Numbered from the stretch's first letter, positions 21,170 through 30,313 are shown. The stretch is 64,000 nucleotides of DNA from Nakamurella sp. (GCA_037720195.1 JBBJML010000019.1:8693-72692); one strand, 5' to 3'. The notes: generated from the sequence alone by a model not told the origin. Translations and numbers: made by a program.

Positions 21170-22270
21170 TCAGAAGGTGATGAGTTGACGCAACTCGGAG
21201 CCTGCGGCCAGGGCGTCCATCGCCCCGTTCAGATCCTCCAGGCGGATCCGCGAGGACACCAGCCGCTCGAGGGGCAACTTCCCGTCCCGCCAGAGATCGA
21301 CATACGTCGGGATGTCGCGCTCGGGAACGGCTGATCCGAGATAGCTGCCGATGACGGTGCGCGCCTCGGCCGTCAAGGTGAGCGGTGAGATCGTCGAGAC
21401 AGCCTGCGGTGCAGGCAATCCGACCGTCACCGTCGTGCCGCCCGGCGCGGTGAGCGCGAACGCCGTCTCGAACGCGCGGGCCGATCCTGCCGCCTCCACG
21501 ACCACCGGAGCCCGCAGGCCCCGGTCGATCGCTTCGGTCGGCGTGATCGCCTGGGCCGCACCGAGTTCGCGGGCCAGTGCAAGCTTGTCGGCGACCATGT
21601 CCACGCCGATCACCGGGTGTCCGAGCGCTTGCGCGACCAGCAGTGCGGCCATCCCCACCCCACCCAGGCCCACTACCGCGACCGTCGAACCGGGAGTGGG
21701 CCTGCCGGCATTGATGATGGCCCCGCCACCGGTGAGCACGGCGCAGCCCAGCAAGGCCGCGATCTCGGCCGGGACGTCCGCGGGGACACCGACCACGGAC
21801 GTCCGACTGACCACTGCATGACTGGCGAAGCCGCTGACTCCGAGATGGTGGAACACATCGGAGCCGTTGCGGTGCAGACGCATCCCGCCACCGACCAGGG
21901 ATCCTGCGCCGTTTGCGGCAGCGCCGATCTCACACGGAAGACGGCCGTCCGTCGCGCACCCTGAGCACGAACCGCAGCGCGGCAGGAACGTCATCACCAC
22001 CCGGTCGCCGACGCGGACATCGTCCACCCCCGCACCGATCTCCTCGACGATCCCGGCGGCCTCGTGCCCGAGCAGCATCGGCGTCGGCCGCACCCGGTTG
22101 CCGTCGACCACGCTGAGGTCGGAGTGACACACGCCCGCGGCCTCGATGCGCACCAGCAGCTCACCCTGGCCGGGCGGGTCGAGCTCCAACGTGCTGACGG
22201 TGAACGGACGGCTCTGCGCGAACGGCGCGTCGGCCCCGGACGTCTCGAGTACTGCACCGGTGATCTGCAT
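21170..22270 (-). CDS. Zn-dependent alcohol dehydrogenase (MDR family)
   Basis: It has a catalytic Zn motif (GVCHSDL and GHEAAGIVEEIG), a structural Zn cysteine cluster (CGSCSGC) and a Rossmann GLGGVG. Confidence 0.88.
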   Translation of the reverse strand: MQITGAVLETSGADAPFAQSRPFTVSTLELDPPGQGELLVRIEAAGVCHSDLSVVDGNRVRPTPMLLGHEAAGIVEEIGAGVDDVRVGDRVVMTFLPRCGSCSGCATDGRLPCEIGAAANGAGSLVGGGMRLHRNGSDVFHHLGVSGFASHAVVSRTSVVGVPADVPAEIAALLGCAVLTGGGAIINAGRPTPGSTVAVVGLGGVGMAALLVAQALGHPVIGVDMVADKLALARELGAAQAITPTEAIDRGLRAPVVVEAAGSARAFETAFALTAPGGTTVTVGLPAPQAVSTISPLTLTAEARTVIGSYLGSAVPERDIPTYVDLWRDGKLPLERLVSSRIRLEDLNGAMDALAAGSELRQLITF

Positions 22271-22350
22271 GCTCGGTGTGACCTCCTCGTCGTGGGAGCG
22301 CGCACCGCTGTCCCTGCCGTCGACGATAGCCGGGGCACCGGGTGGCGTAC

Positions 22351-22728
22351 CTACCAGGACGATCCGATCGCGAAGCCCGCCCAGGAGAGCAGGATCGCGA
22401 GCATCAACTGCCCGATCCCGGTGGCCGCGGCCGCGGCGCGGCGCTCCTGCTGGAGCAGCCGTACGGTCTCGAAGGTCGCGGTGGAGAACGTGGTGTAGCC
22501 GCCGAGCAGGCCGGTACCGAGGATCGCCCGCCAGTCAGCCGTCACCAGCGCGGCCGCGACGAGACCGGTGAGCAGCCCGAGCAGCAGCGAACCCGACAGA
22601 TTGATGAGCGCGGTGCCCCAAGGCATCCGGCCGCCGCACCGGCTGCGCACCACGGAATCGGTCCAGAACCGGATGGCTGCCCCGACACCGCCCGCCGCGC
22701 AGAGAGCAGCGAACACCAGCGGGCTCAT
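22351..22728 (-). CDS. crcB: Fluoride ion channel CrcB/FluC (downstream paralog)
   Basis: About 125 aa with 4 TM helices. Motifs GTALINLSGSLLLG and GGYTTFST are present. ATGA overlap with the upstream paralog. Confidence 0.88.
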   Translation of the reverse strand: MSPLVFAALCAAGGVGAAIRFWTDSVVRSRCGGRMPWGTALINLSGSLLLGLLTGLVAAALVTADWRAILGTGLLGGYTTFSTATFETVRLLQQERRAAAAATGIGQLMLAILLSWAGFAIGSSW

Positions 22729-23261
22729 CGGGCGGCCCGGCGGTGCGGGTCACCCGTGGCGCGGCGACCGACAGCGATCCCGAGCGCAGCGGCCGCAAGT
22801 CCGAACACGAGCGTGCCGACCGCATAGCCGCCCGCTGCGATGAAACGCCCGGCATCGCCCAGCACCACCGCGTCGGCGGCCAGCGCGCTGTAGGTCGTGA
22901 ATCCGCCGAGGACCCCGGTTCCCACGAACAGCCGGAGGTCCCGGAGCCTGCCGGTGTCGGGCCCACTGCGGGTCAGGACCTCCATCAGCAGAGCCAACAG
23001 GAACGCACCGACGACGTTGATGGCGCCTGTGGTGAGCGAGATTCCGGAGACAAGTGGGAACGCAAGCGACAGCGCTTCCCGCAGACCGGTGCCGATCGCC
23101 CCGCCGGCAGCGACCAGCAGCAGAAAACGAGGGCGTCGATGCAGAGTCGCGGCTGCCGGGCCGACGACGTCCTCGGTTCCGAGATCACTGTCCAGCGGCA
23201 GCTCGGGGTCACGGTCGGGCGGTCCCGGTGCGGGATCGTGCGGATCGGATCGTGCAGGCAT
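22725..23261 (-). CDS. crcB: Fluoride ion channel CrcB/FluC (upstream paralog, start uncertain)
   Basis: GAINVVGAFLLALL and GGFTTYSA motifs are present. It has a Pro/Asp-rich N-terminal extension. ATG at 23261 was chosen; the ORF track extends to 23381. Confidence 0.8.
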   Translation of the reverse strand: MPARSDPHDPAPGPPDRDPELPLDSDLGTEDVVGPAAATLHRRPRFLLLVAAGGAIGTGLREALSLAFPLVSGISLTTGAINVVGAFLLALLMEVLTRSGPDTGRLRDLRLFVGTGVLGGFTTYSALAADAVVLGDAGRFIAAGGYAVGTLVFGLAAAALGIAVGRRATGDPHRRAAR

Positions 23262-23464
23262 GCGGTGGTGCTCCCATCTCCGGGCAGGACTGAACCAGGG
23301 GACAGGGACTGTTGTCGACCGCGCGGATCGAGGTTTCTTGCCAGGAGGCGAGCCCCACCACCGTGTCGCGGCGGGCAGCACCGCGTCGGTATCAGCGTGC
23401 CACAGCTGACTCGGAAGGGTGCTGGTCGACGTCCCCGCTCTCCCGAGGGTGGTGTACTGCAGGA

Positions 23465-24205
23465 ATGACCGACCGACCCGACGCCCCGACCGATACGGCG
23501 GTCCATCCGGATGAGCCCCATCGCGAGGGCATCGCGCAACGGCTGAACTGGTTGCGGGCCGGGGTGTTGGGCGCCAACGACGGGATCGTCTCGGTGGCGG
23601 CGATCGTGGTGGGTGTCGCGGGGGCCACGACGGCGACCGGACCGATCCTCACTGCCGGTGCTGCCGGTCTGGTGGGCGGCGCGATCTCGATGGCGTTGGG
23701 GGAGTACGTCTCGGTCAGCAGCCAGCGGGACAGCGAACACGCCCTGATCGAGAAGGAGCGCCGGGAGCTCGCCGAGATGCCGCAGCAGGAGCTCGAGGAG
23801 CTGGCCGGGTTGTACCGGCAGAAGGGGTTGTCAGAGGAGACCGCCCGCCGGGTGGCCATCGAGCTCACCGCCCACGACGCGCTGGCTGCTCATCTCGAGG
23901 TCGAGCTGCATCTGGACGAGAGTGACGTCGTGAGCCCCTGGGCAGCGGCCGGCGCCTCGGCGCTCGCCTTCACCGTCGGCGCGATCCTGCCGATGGTGGC
24001 CATCCTGGCGCCGCCGGCCGGTGCTCGGGTATGGGTCACGTTCGTCGCGGTGCTGGTGGCGCTGGCGATCACCGGCTATCTGTCGGCCTGGATCGGCGGC
24101 AGCCCACGCTGGCGCGCGATGGCCAGAGTCGTGGTGGGCGGTGCACTCGCGCTGGCAGCCACCTACCTGATCGGATCCTGGCTCGGTGCCTCGGGGATCG
24201 CCTGA
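23465..24205 (+). CDS. VIT1/CCC1-family (vacuolar iron transporter-like) membrane protein
   Basis: LNWLRAGVLGANDGIVSVAAIVVGVAG, GAISMALGEYVSVSSQRD and a cytoplasmic EKERRELAEMPQQELEEL helix are typical of the VIT family. Confidence 0.85.
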   Translation: MTDRPDAPTDTAVHPDEPHREGIAQRLNWLRAGVLGANDGIVSVAAIVVGVAGATTATGPILTAGAAGLVGGAISMALGEYVSVSSQRDSEHALIEKERRELAEMPQQELEELAGLYRQKGLSEETARRVAIELTAHDALAAHLEVELHLDESDVVSPWAAAGASALAFTVGAILPMVAILAPPAGARVWVTFVAVLVALAITGYLSAWIGGSPRWRAMARVVVGGALALAATYLIGSWLGASGIA

Positions 24206-24210
24206 CCGAC

Positions 24211-24530
24211 GGCGATCGAGCAAGTGAGGAACGAACGCGTCGAGATCCCGTCGGGATCGCGAGCGGCCCAGGAACGGATCGAGTCTCGACTCCTTCGGCG
24301 CTCGACCATCGAAGTGCGGTGATCGAGCAACCGATGAAGGAGCGCGCGAGATCCCGTCGGTCGGCGACCGGTCCTGAATCCGACAGGGTCTCGACTCCTT
24401 CGTAGCTCGACTATCGAAGAGATGATCTGTGGTCGCTCGACCACCGACGGCGCACGCGATCGACGGCGGCCCGTTCGGCGATCGTGCGAGTGAGGATCGA
24501 ACGAGACGAGGTCCCCTCGGGATCGATCAC
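24211..24530. repeat. Cluster of at least 5 copies of the dispersed intergenic repeat in alternating orientation
   Basis: Long-form copies lie at 24211-24259 and 24475-24530. Opposite-orientation short-form copies lie at 24281-24311 and 24386-24416. An intermediate copy lies at 24321-24364. Together they fill the convergent VIT/SDR gap. Confidence 0.8.
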
Positions 24531-24539
24531 CCGAGCGCG

Positions 24540-25418
24540 TCAGCCGAACAGCATCTCCGCGCTGCGGTCCCACAGCCCGCGGGCGAGTGTTGCATCCTTC
24601 GCCTGCTTGCTGAGCGAGCCAGGCTTGCGACGGGCGTAATACGTCCCCGGGGTGAAGTCGACACCCGGCGTCCCCTGCGCGAGCCAGACGAGCTGGTCGG
24701 CGCCCTGCTCGGTCGTCACCAGCAGCCGGTCGAACGGCGGCCGGTAGAACAGCCGCGTCAGGGCCTTGCCCTCGCGGGCGAACTGACTCGCGACGACGCC
24801 GGGGTGGATGCTCACCGCGGTGAGGCCGGGCCGGCCGGCGGGCAGCTCGCTGCCACCCGTTCCCAGGCGGCGTTGCAGCTCGACCGTCGTCAGGATGTTC
24901 GCCAACTTCGCCGAGCCGTAGGCGCGCATGGCCTTGTACCGATGGGTGGACTCCAGATCGTCCAGGTCGATCTCCCCGAAGCGGTGCGCGGCGCTCGCCG
25001 TGGCGATGACGGTCGCCGAACTCTCGGTGAGCCGGTCGGCCAGCAGCGTGGTCAGCAGGAACGGCGCCAGATGGTTGACCTGCAACGTCTTCTCGTGGCC
25101 GTCCTTCGTCTCGCTGCGGTCACCCATCACCCCGCCGGCATTGTTGGCGAGCACATCGATGTGCGGGTACCGCTCGAGCAACTGATCGGCGAGTGCGCGG
25201 ACCTGCCCCAGGTCGGCGAAGTCGGCCAGCAGATGGTCGGCCCCGATCTCGCGGGCGACCTTGGCGGTCTTCTCCGGTGATCGACCGACGACCACGACCC
25301 GGTGCCCGAAGGCGCTCAGTGCTCTTGCCGCGGCGGCGCCGATACCGTCGCTCGCGCCCGTGATCACGATGGTCCTGCGGGTCGGGTCGGTCGCGTCCAG
25401 CTCGTCGTTGGTTCCCAT
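24540..25418 (-). CDS. Short-chain dehydrogenase/reductase (SDR)
   Basis: It has a TGASDGIG cofactor motif, an NNAGG motif and a catalytic YGSAK (YxxxK). Start chosen at MGTNDE; the ORF track extends to 25487. Confidence 0.88.
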   Translation of the reverse strand: MGTNDELDATDPTRRTIVITGASDGIGAAAARALSAFGHRVVVVGRSPEKTAKVAREIGADHLLADFADLGQVRALADQLLERYPHIDVLANNAGGVMGDRSETKDGHEKTLQVNHLAPFLLTTLLADRLTESSATVIATASAAHRFGEIDLDDLESTHRYKAMRAYGSAKLANILTTVELQRRLGTGGSELPAGRPGLTAVSIHPGVVASQFAREGKALTRLFYRPPFDRLLVTTEQGADQLVWLAQGTPGVDFTPGTYYARRKPGSLSKQAKDATLARGLWDRSAEMLFG

Positions 25419-25529
25419 CCATCCGACGGTACGCAGCCACCGCTCCCGTAGGCGCCGCGGCATCGGTGCGTCATCCCAACATGACATGATGGCTTCATCA
25501 AGTCATCAAGTCATCAAGTCAGGAGCAAC

Positions 25530-25919
25530 ATGACCGCAACGCACCCGGACGGCGAGCTCCGACCGCTGTACGAGGTCAAGGCCGATCTGTTCAGAGGTCT
25601 GGCCCATCCCTTGCGGATCAGGATCCTCGAAATCCTGTCGGCTGCCGACGAAGTGCCGGTCGGCACGTTGCTCGTCGAGACCCGCCTCGAGGCATCGCAT
25701 CTCTCACAGCAGCTGGCCGTGCTGCGGCGGCATCGGTTGGTGCTCTCCGAACGCCGGGCGAGTCAGGTCTTCTACCGTCTGGCGTATCCGCAGGTGGCCG
25801 ACCTGCTGCGGATCGCCCGCGAGTTGCTCGGCCAGATCCTCGTCGGCAGTGACGACCAGCTGCGCAACGCCGAGGCGCTCCCACCCGTGGGTTCTGCTTT
25901 CCCCGAGCGTGATCGATGA
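25530..25919 (+). CDS. ArsR/SmtB-family transcriptional regulator
   Basis: The winged HTH is LFRGLAHPLRIRILEIL...VGTLLVETRLEASHLSQQLAVLRRHRLV. ATGA overlap with the downstream SulP gene. Confidence 0.88.
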   Translation: MTATHPDGELRPLYEVKADLFRGLAHPLRIRILEILSAADEVPVGTLLVETRLEASHLSQQLAVLRRHRLVLSERRASQVFYRLAYPQVADLLRIARELLGQILVGSDDQLRNAEALPPVGSAFPERDR

Positions 25920-27559
25920 CCGCGGCCGGAGTGGTGCGCGGCCTGCGGTCGCTGGCACCCTCCCTCGAGGACTACCGGCTGGTGCCGACCACCTGGCGTC
26001 CCGATCTGCTGGCCGGGCTGACCGTCGGGGTCGTCGCCCTGCCGCTGGCGCTGGCCTTCGGTATCAGCTCGGGAGCCGGGCCGCAGGCCGGCCTGGTGAC
26101 AGCGATCGTGGCGGGCGTCGTCGCCGCGGTCTTCGGTGGCTCGGCGGTCCAGGTGTCCGGTCCGACGGGCGCGATGGTCGTCGTGCTGGCGCCCATCATC
26201 GCGGCGCACGGTGTCGGATCGGTGGCGCTGCTGAGCGTCATGGCGGGGGCTCTGGTGGTCGTGGCCGGTGTGCTCCGGGTCGGCAGGGTGATCGCCTACC
26301 TGCCCTGGCCGGTGATCGAGGGATTTACCCTGGGGATCGCGATCGTCATTGCGCTGCAACAGGTTCCCACCGCTCTGGCGGGAAGTGCTCATTCGACGAA
26401 CTCAGCGGTCGCAGCCGTCCAGGCAGTCGGCTCCACGGATCCCACACGGGCCGCGTGGGCCCTCGGAGCGGCTGCTGTGGTCGCCGTTCTGATGGAAGCG
26501 GGCCGCCGGTTCGCGCCCAGGTTCCCGTCCTCGATCGTGGCCGTCGCAGCGGTGACGCTCCTGGCGATGGTGCTGTCGGCTCCGCTGGCGACCATCGGTC
26601 GGCTGCCGGCGGGTCTGCCCACCCCGGCAGTGCCGCACGGCTCGGCGCCGTTGATGATCTCTTTGCTCGGACCGGCCTGCACCGTGGCAGCTCTCGCCGC
26701 CATCGAGTCGTTGTTGTCGGGGCGGGTGGCAGCTTCGATGGCGGACAACGGACCCTTCGATGCCGACCGGGAACTGGTCGGCCAGGGCCTGGCGTCCATC
26801 GCGGCCGGGTTCTTCGGCGGCATGCCGGCCACCGGCGCGATCGCACGGACTGCGGTCAACGTCCGCAGCGGAGCGCGCTCCCGGCTGGCTGCACTGACCC
26901 ATGCGCTGGTGTTGCTGGTGCTCGTGCTCTTCGCCGGGTCTCTCGTGGCACACATCCCGCTGGCGGCCCTGGCCGGGGTGTTGATCGTGACGGCGACCAG
27001 GATGATCAGCCGGCACGTTCTGCGGGCGGTGCTCGGGGCCGGCCCAGGTGCTGTCGTGACCTGCGGTGTCACCGCGATCGTCACGGTGTCGCTCGATCTG
27101 GTCTACGCAGTCGCGATCGGGGTGGTGGTTGCGGTGGTGCTGGCCATGCGGGCCCTGGCACGGACGAACGTCGCCCACCGCGAGCAGCTCCCGGATACCC
27201 GCCCCGGTGACGAGCGCATCGCACTGTTCCGCATCGACGGGTCGTTGTTCTTCGGTGCAGGAGAACGGATCTCCGAGAGCATCGGGGCGGCCTGGGACGT
27301 CGAGGTGGTGATCCTGCGCCTGTCGCAACTGCAACTGTTCGATGCGACCGGAGCCAGGCAGTTGGCAGAACTCGTCCAGCAACTGGAGCGACGCGGCATC
27401 ACCGTCATCCTCAAGGGGATCCGGCCGGAGCACCGCAAGCTGGCCGTCGGCCTGGGCGTCGTCTCCTCGCTCCGTCACCGAGCGCACCTGACCACCGACC
27501 TCGAATCCGCGGTCAGCCACGCCCGTTCGCACGTCGCCCGCGCCGCAGCCGGCGGGTAG
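25916..27559 (+). CDS. SulP-family anion permease with C-terminal STAS domain
   Basis: The N-terminus DLLAGLTVGVVALPLALAF is typical of SulP. It has about 11 TM helices. The C-terminal STAS region is LFRIDGSLFFGAGERI...LFDATGARQLAELVQQLERRGITVILKG. Confidence 0.9.
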   Translation: MTAAGVVRGLRSLAPSLEDYRLVPTTWRPDLLAGLTVGVVALPLALAFGISSGAGPQAGLVTAIVAGVVAAVFGGSAVQVSGPTGAMVVVLAPIIAAHGVGSVALLSVMAGALVVVAGVLRVGRVIAYLPWPVIEGFTLGIAIVIALQQVPTALAGSAHSTNSAVAAVQAVGSTDPTRAAWALGAAAVVAVLMEAGRRFAPRFPSSIVAVAAVTLLAMVLSAPLATIGRLPAGLPTPAVPHGSAPLMISLLGPACTVAALAAIESLLSGRVAASMADNGPFDADRELVGQGLASIAAGFFGGMPATGAIARTAVNVRSGARSRLAALTHALVLLVLVLFAGSLVAHIPLAALAGVLIVTATRMISRHVLRAVLGAGPGAVVTCGVTAIVTVSLDLVYAVAIGVVVAVVLAMRALARTNVAHREQLPDTRPGDERIALFRIDGSLFFGAGERISESIGAAWDVEVVILRLSQLQLFDATGARQLAELVQQLERRGITVILKGIRPEHRKLAVGLGVVSSLRHRAHLTTDLESAVSHARSHVARAAAGG

Positions 27560-27589
27560 ACGACCTCGCGGTGCGGGGACGTGATCAGC

Positions 27590-27605
27590 GTTACTGATCA
27601 GTAAC
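27590..27605. promoter_or_regulatory. Perfect 16-bp A/T-rich palindrome, operator candidate
   Basis: GTTACTGATCAGTAAC is preceded by another TGATCAG at 27582-27588. It lies about 75 nt upstream of the acyl-CoA dehydrogenase start. Confidence 0.45.
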
Positions 27606-27680
27606 TCATCCCTGGCGACCTGCTGATCTGCGTGCATAGTGGGGGAAGAACATCGGTTCACCCCAGCAGATCGGACGACG

Positions 27681-28877
27681 ATGACCGAGACTCCCGACAC
27701 CCCGGTGCCCTTCCTGCCCAGCGACTTCTTCAGCTTCCAGGGCAAGCTCACCGACGCCGAGCAGCAGTACGTGCTCCGGATCCGGGAGTTCTTCGAGTCC
27801 CAGGTCGCACCGATCATCGACAAGTACTGGTTGGCCTCGGATTTTCCGCATCAGCTGATCGCCGGACTTGCCGAGCTGGGCGTGTTCGGATCCGCGATCC
27901 CGGAGATCCGGCAGTTCGAGACCAGCGCCGTCGCCCGCGGCTGGATCGCGCTGGAGATGGCGCGGGTCGACGCCGGCTGCGCCACCTTCGTCGGCGTCCA
28001 GAACGGATTGTCGATGGGCTCGATCGATGTCGGCGGTTCGCCGGAGCAGAAACAGCGTTGGCTTCCTGCGATGGCGAAGGGTGAACTGTTGGGCGCCTTC
28101 GGGTTGACCGAACCCTACTCGGGCTCGGACTCGGCCAAGGGACTGCGGACCGTCGCCCGCCGCGACTCAGGCGGCTGGGTCCTGGACGGTGCGAAGCGCT
28201 GGATCGGCAACGCCACCTTCTCCGACTTCGTCGTCATCTTCGCCAAGAGCGCTGAGGACGGTCAGGTCAAGGGTTTCGTGGTGCCGACGGACTCCGAAGG
28301 CTTCTCTGCCACCAAGATCGAGAACAAGATCGCGCTGCGGACGGTGCAGAACGCCGACATCACCCTCACCGGTGTCCGGGTCCCCGAGGAGAACCGGCTT
28401 GCCGGCATCGAGAGCTTCCGCGACGTGGCGACCGTGCTGCGGTTGACTCGCTGCGACGTCGCCTGGCAGGCCATCGGGATCTCGATCGGCGCCTACGAGG
28501 CGGCGGTGACGTACGCCCAGGAACGCGAGCAGTTCGGCAAGCCGATCGGTGCCCATCAGCTGGTGCAGGACCTGTTGGCCCGCTGTCTGGCAAACATCAC
28601 CGCGAGCATCGCGCTCTGTGTCCAGGCTTCGACGCTGCTGGACGAAGGACGGCAGCGCGACGAGCACTCGGCGCTGGCGAAGTCGTTCGCCACCTCGCGC
28701 ATGCGCGAGACCGTCGGGTGGGCCCGAGAGGTGTTGGGCGGCAACGGCATCGTCCTGGACAAGGGAGTCGCCCGGTTCTTCGCGGACGCCGAAGCGATCT
28801 ACTCCTACGAGGGCACCAGGGAGATGAACTCGCTGATCGTCGGACGCTCGATCACCGGGCACAACGCCTTCGTCTGA
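27681..28877 (+). CDS. Acyl-CoA dehydrogenase (glutaryl-CoA dehydrogenase-like)
   Basis: ACAD fold motifs GLTEPYSGSD, KRWIGNA and EGTREMNSLIVGRSITG are present. Start at MTETPD was chosen; a GTG at 27639 is also possible. Confidence 0.88.
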   Translation: MTETPDTPVPFLPSDFFSFQGKLTDAEQQYVLRIREFFESQVAPIIDKYWLASDFPHQLIAGLAELGVFGSAIPEIRQFETSAVARGWIALEMARVDAGCATFVGVQNGLSMGSIDVGGSPEQKQRWLPAMAKGELLGAFGLTEPYSGSDSAKGLRTVARRDSGGWVLDGAKRWIGNATFSDFVVIFAKSAEDGQVKGFVVPTDSEGFSATKIENKIALRTVQNADITLTGVRVPEENRLAGIESFRDVATVLRLTRCDVAWQAIGISIGAYEAAVTYAQEREQFGKPIGAHQLVQDLLARCLANITASIALCVQASTLLDEGRQRDEHSALAKSFATSRMRETVGWAREVLGGNGIVLDKGVARFFADAEAIYSYEGTREMNSLIVGRSITGHNAFV

Positions 28878-28951
28878 GCTCCGTCGGAGCTACCTCGGAG
28901 CGTTCGATCCGGAGCCCGGCCGGGTGCCGCCCCGGGCCTGCACCCGACTCG

Positions 28952-29446
28952 TCAGTGCAGCCGGAGCTTCATTCCGATGTGACTCGCCTCGAACCCGAGC
29001 CGTTCGTAGAAGCGGTGCGCGTCGGTGCGGCTGCGGTCGGTGGTGAGCTGGACGAGCGCCGCGCCCTCCGCCCGCGCCCGGTCGATGGCCCACTGCACGT
29101 ACCGCCGGCCGAGTCCCTGACCGCGAGTGACGGCCGAGACCCGCACCGCTTCGATGATCACCCGGGTCGAGCCCAGCCGCGACAGTCCGGGAATGGTGGT
29201 CAGCTGCATCGTGCCGATCACCGCGCCGTGCTGCACGAGAACGCTGAGCAGCTGACGGGGGTCGGCGGTGATGTCGTCGAAGGCGGTCCGGTAGCGCGGG
29301 TCGTCCGGATCCTGCTCGCGGTTCACGCCGAGCTGGTCGTCCCTCAGCAGCTCGACGATGCGCGGAACATCCTCTGTCGCTGCCCGTTCCACCCGTACAC
29401 CGTCGCCGAGGTCTGCCAGTACTTCCCGGACCGTGGAGTTCGTCAT
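28952..29446 (-). CDS. GNAT-family N-acetyltransferase
   Basis: The acetyl-CoA binding block is RGQGLGRRYVQWAIDRARAEG, followed by FYERLGF. Length is about 164 aa. Confidence 0.85.
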   Translation of the reverse strand: MTNSTVREVLADLGDGVRVERAATEDVPRIVELLRDDQLGVNREQDPDDPRYRTAFDDITADPRQLLSVLVQHGAVIGTMQLTTIPGLSRLGSTRVIIEAVRVSAVTRGQGLGRRYVQWAIDRARAEGAALVQLTTDRSRTDAHRFYERLGFEASHIGMKLRLH

Positions 29447-29501
29447 CGGACCAGCGAATCACACCCCGCGGCGCGTTCCCGACCCGGCACGTCCGGCACC
29501 G

Positions 29502-30071
29502 TCAGGGAACAACGACCACCCGACGATCCGCGGCGCCGGCGGCCGCCCAGGCGTTGGCGCCGAAGGATCTCGCGCGTTCCAGGCCCGCATCGGACCTGCC
29601 GCCGGCGATGATCGTGGGTGCGCCCAGGATGCGCGCATTCTGGACCGCCAGCAGATCCGCAGTGCCGGTGGCGCCGAGAATCAGGACCGTACTCAGCGTT
29701 CCGCGCTCCGCGATGCGTCTGCTCAATGGCAGCCAGGAGGACAGGCCGGGGTTCACGGCGGCCGCGACGACGGTCGGGTCAGCACCGTCGGGAAGGGGTA
29801 CCGACCAGCCTGCGGGAACCGGGATGCGCTCGGCGCAGGTGCCGTAGGGCGCTGCGGTGCCACCCGTGTAGACGAGAACCCCGTCGGCAGTGCTGGCGAC
29901 GGCATCGACGCCGGGGATGGCCGGCCAGCTGTCGTCGCTGCCGTAGTGCCGGCCGCTCATCAGTGAACGGACGACCGGATGGGGGCCGGCCGCGACCAGC
30001 TCGAGGATCTCGGTGGTCACGCTCGCAGCTGGGTTCGGGAAGTCGTCGTACTGCGGGGTCGCGTGGTGCAT
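29502..30071 (-). pseudogene. Truncated MDR/quinone-oxidoreductase-like gene remnant
   Basis: The 189-aa ORF covers the catalytic-domain end and only the first part of the Rossmann fold (WPAIPGVD, LSTVLILGATGTADLLAVQNARILGA), then stops. The adjacent 240 bp upstream is noncoding or frame-broken. Full-length members are about 320 aa. Confidence 0.4.
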
Positions 30072-30313
30072 CGAGGAACAGGGCCGGCATCAGGACCCGG
30101 ATGCTGTCGACCGCTATGCCCCAGATGCCCGGGCCCGACGGATCGGCGACGAGCATCCGCTCACCGTGCAGGCGGGGGAGCTGTTGTTCGGTGACGACGA
30201 CGCGCTGTTCGACCTGCTGATCGAAGATCTCGTCGCCGCGGTGGCCGGCTGGCCGCGCCGCGGCTGAGCGATCTGCTGGGGCGCCGCGGAGCCGCCGGAC
30301 ATCAACCGGTGGG

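Noticed and set aside
19966-21170. Genomic island integrated at tRNA-Pro
   Set aside because: There is no integrase or recombinase and no direct repeat of the tRNA 3' end. Only about 1.2 kb contains two small genes. It is kept as a low-interest compositional observation, not called as a mobile element.
23262-23464. Possible fluoride riboswitch upstream of crcB
   Set aside because: Only a GGAGATGG-like 5' fragment is present. I cannot find the P3 hairpin or the conserved CUGAUGAUGCCUAC 3' segment, so it is not called. An Infernal scan is needed.
24031-24573. ORFs 24031-24405 (+) and 24163-24573 (-) spanning the repeat cluster, with a recurring RASEERTRRD peptide
   Set aside because: The recurring peptide is a by-product of translating the repeated DNA element, whose copies occur in both orientations and in different frames. 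There is no start context, and the ORFs overlap real gene ends.
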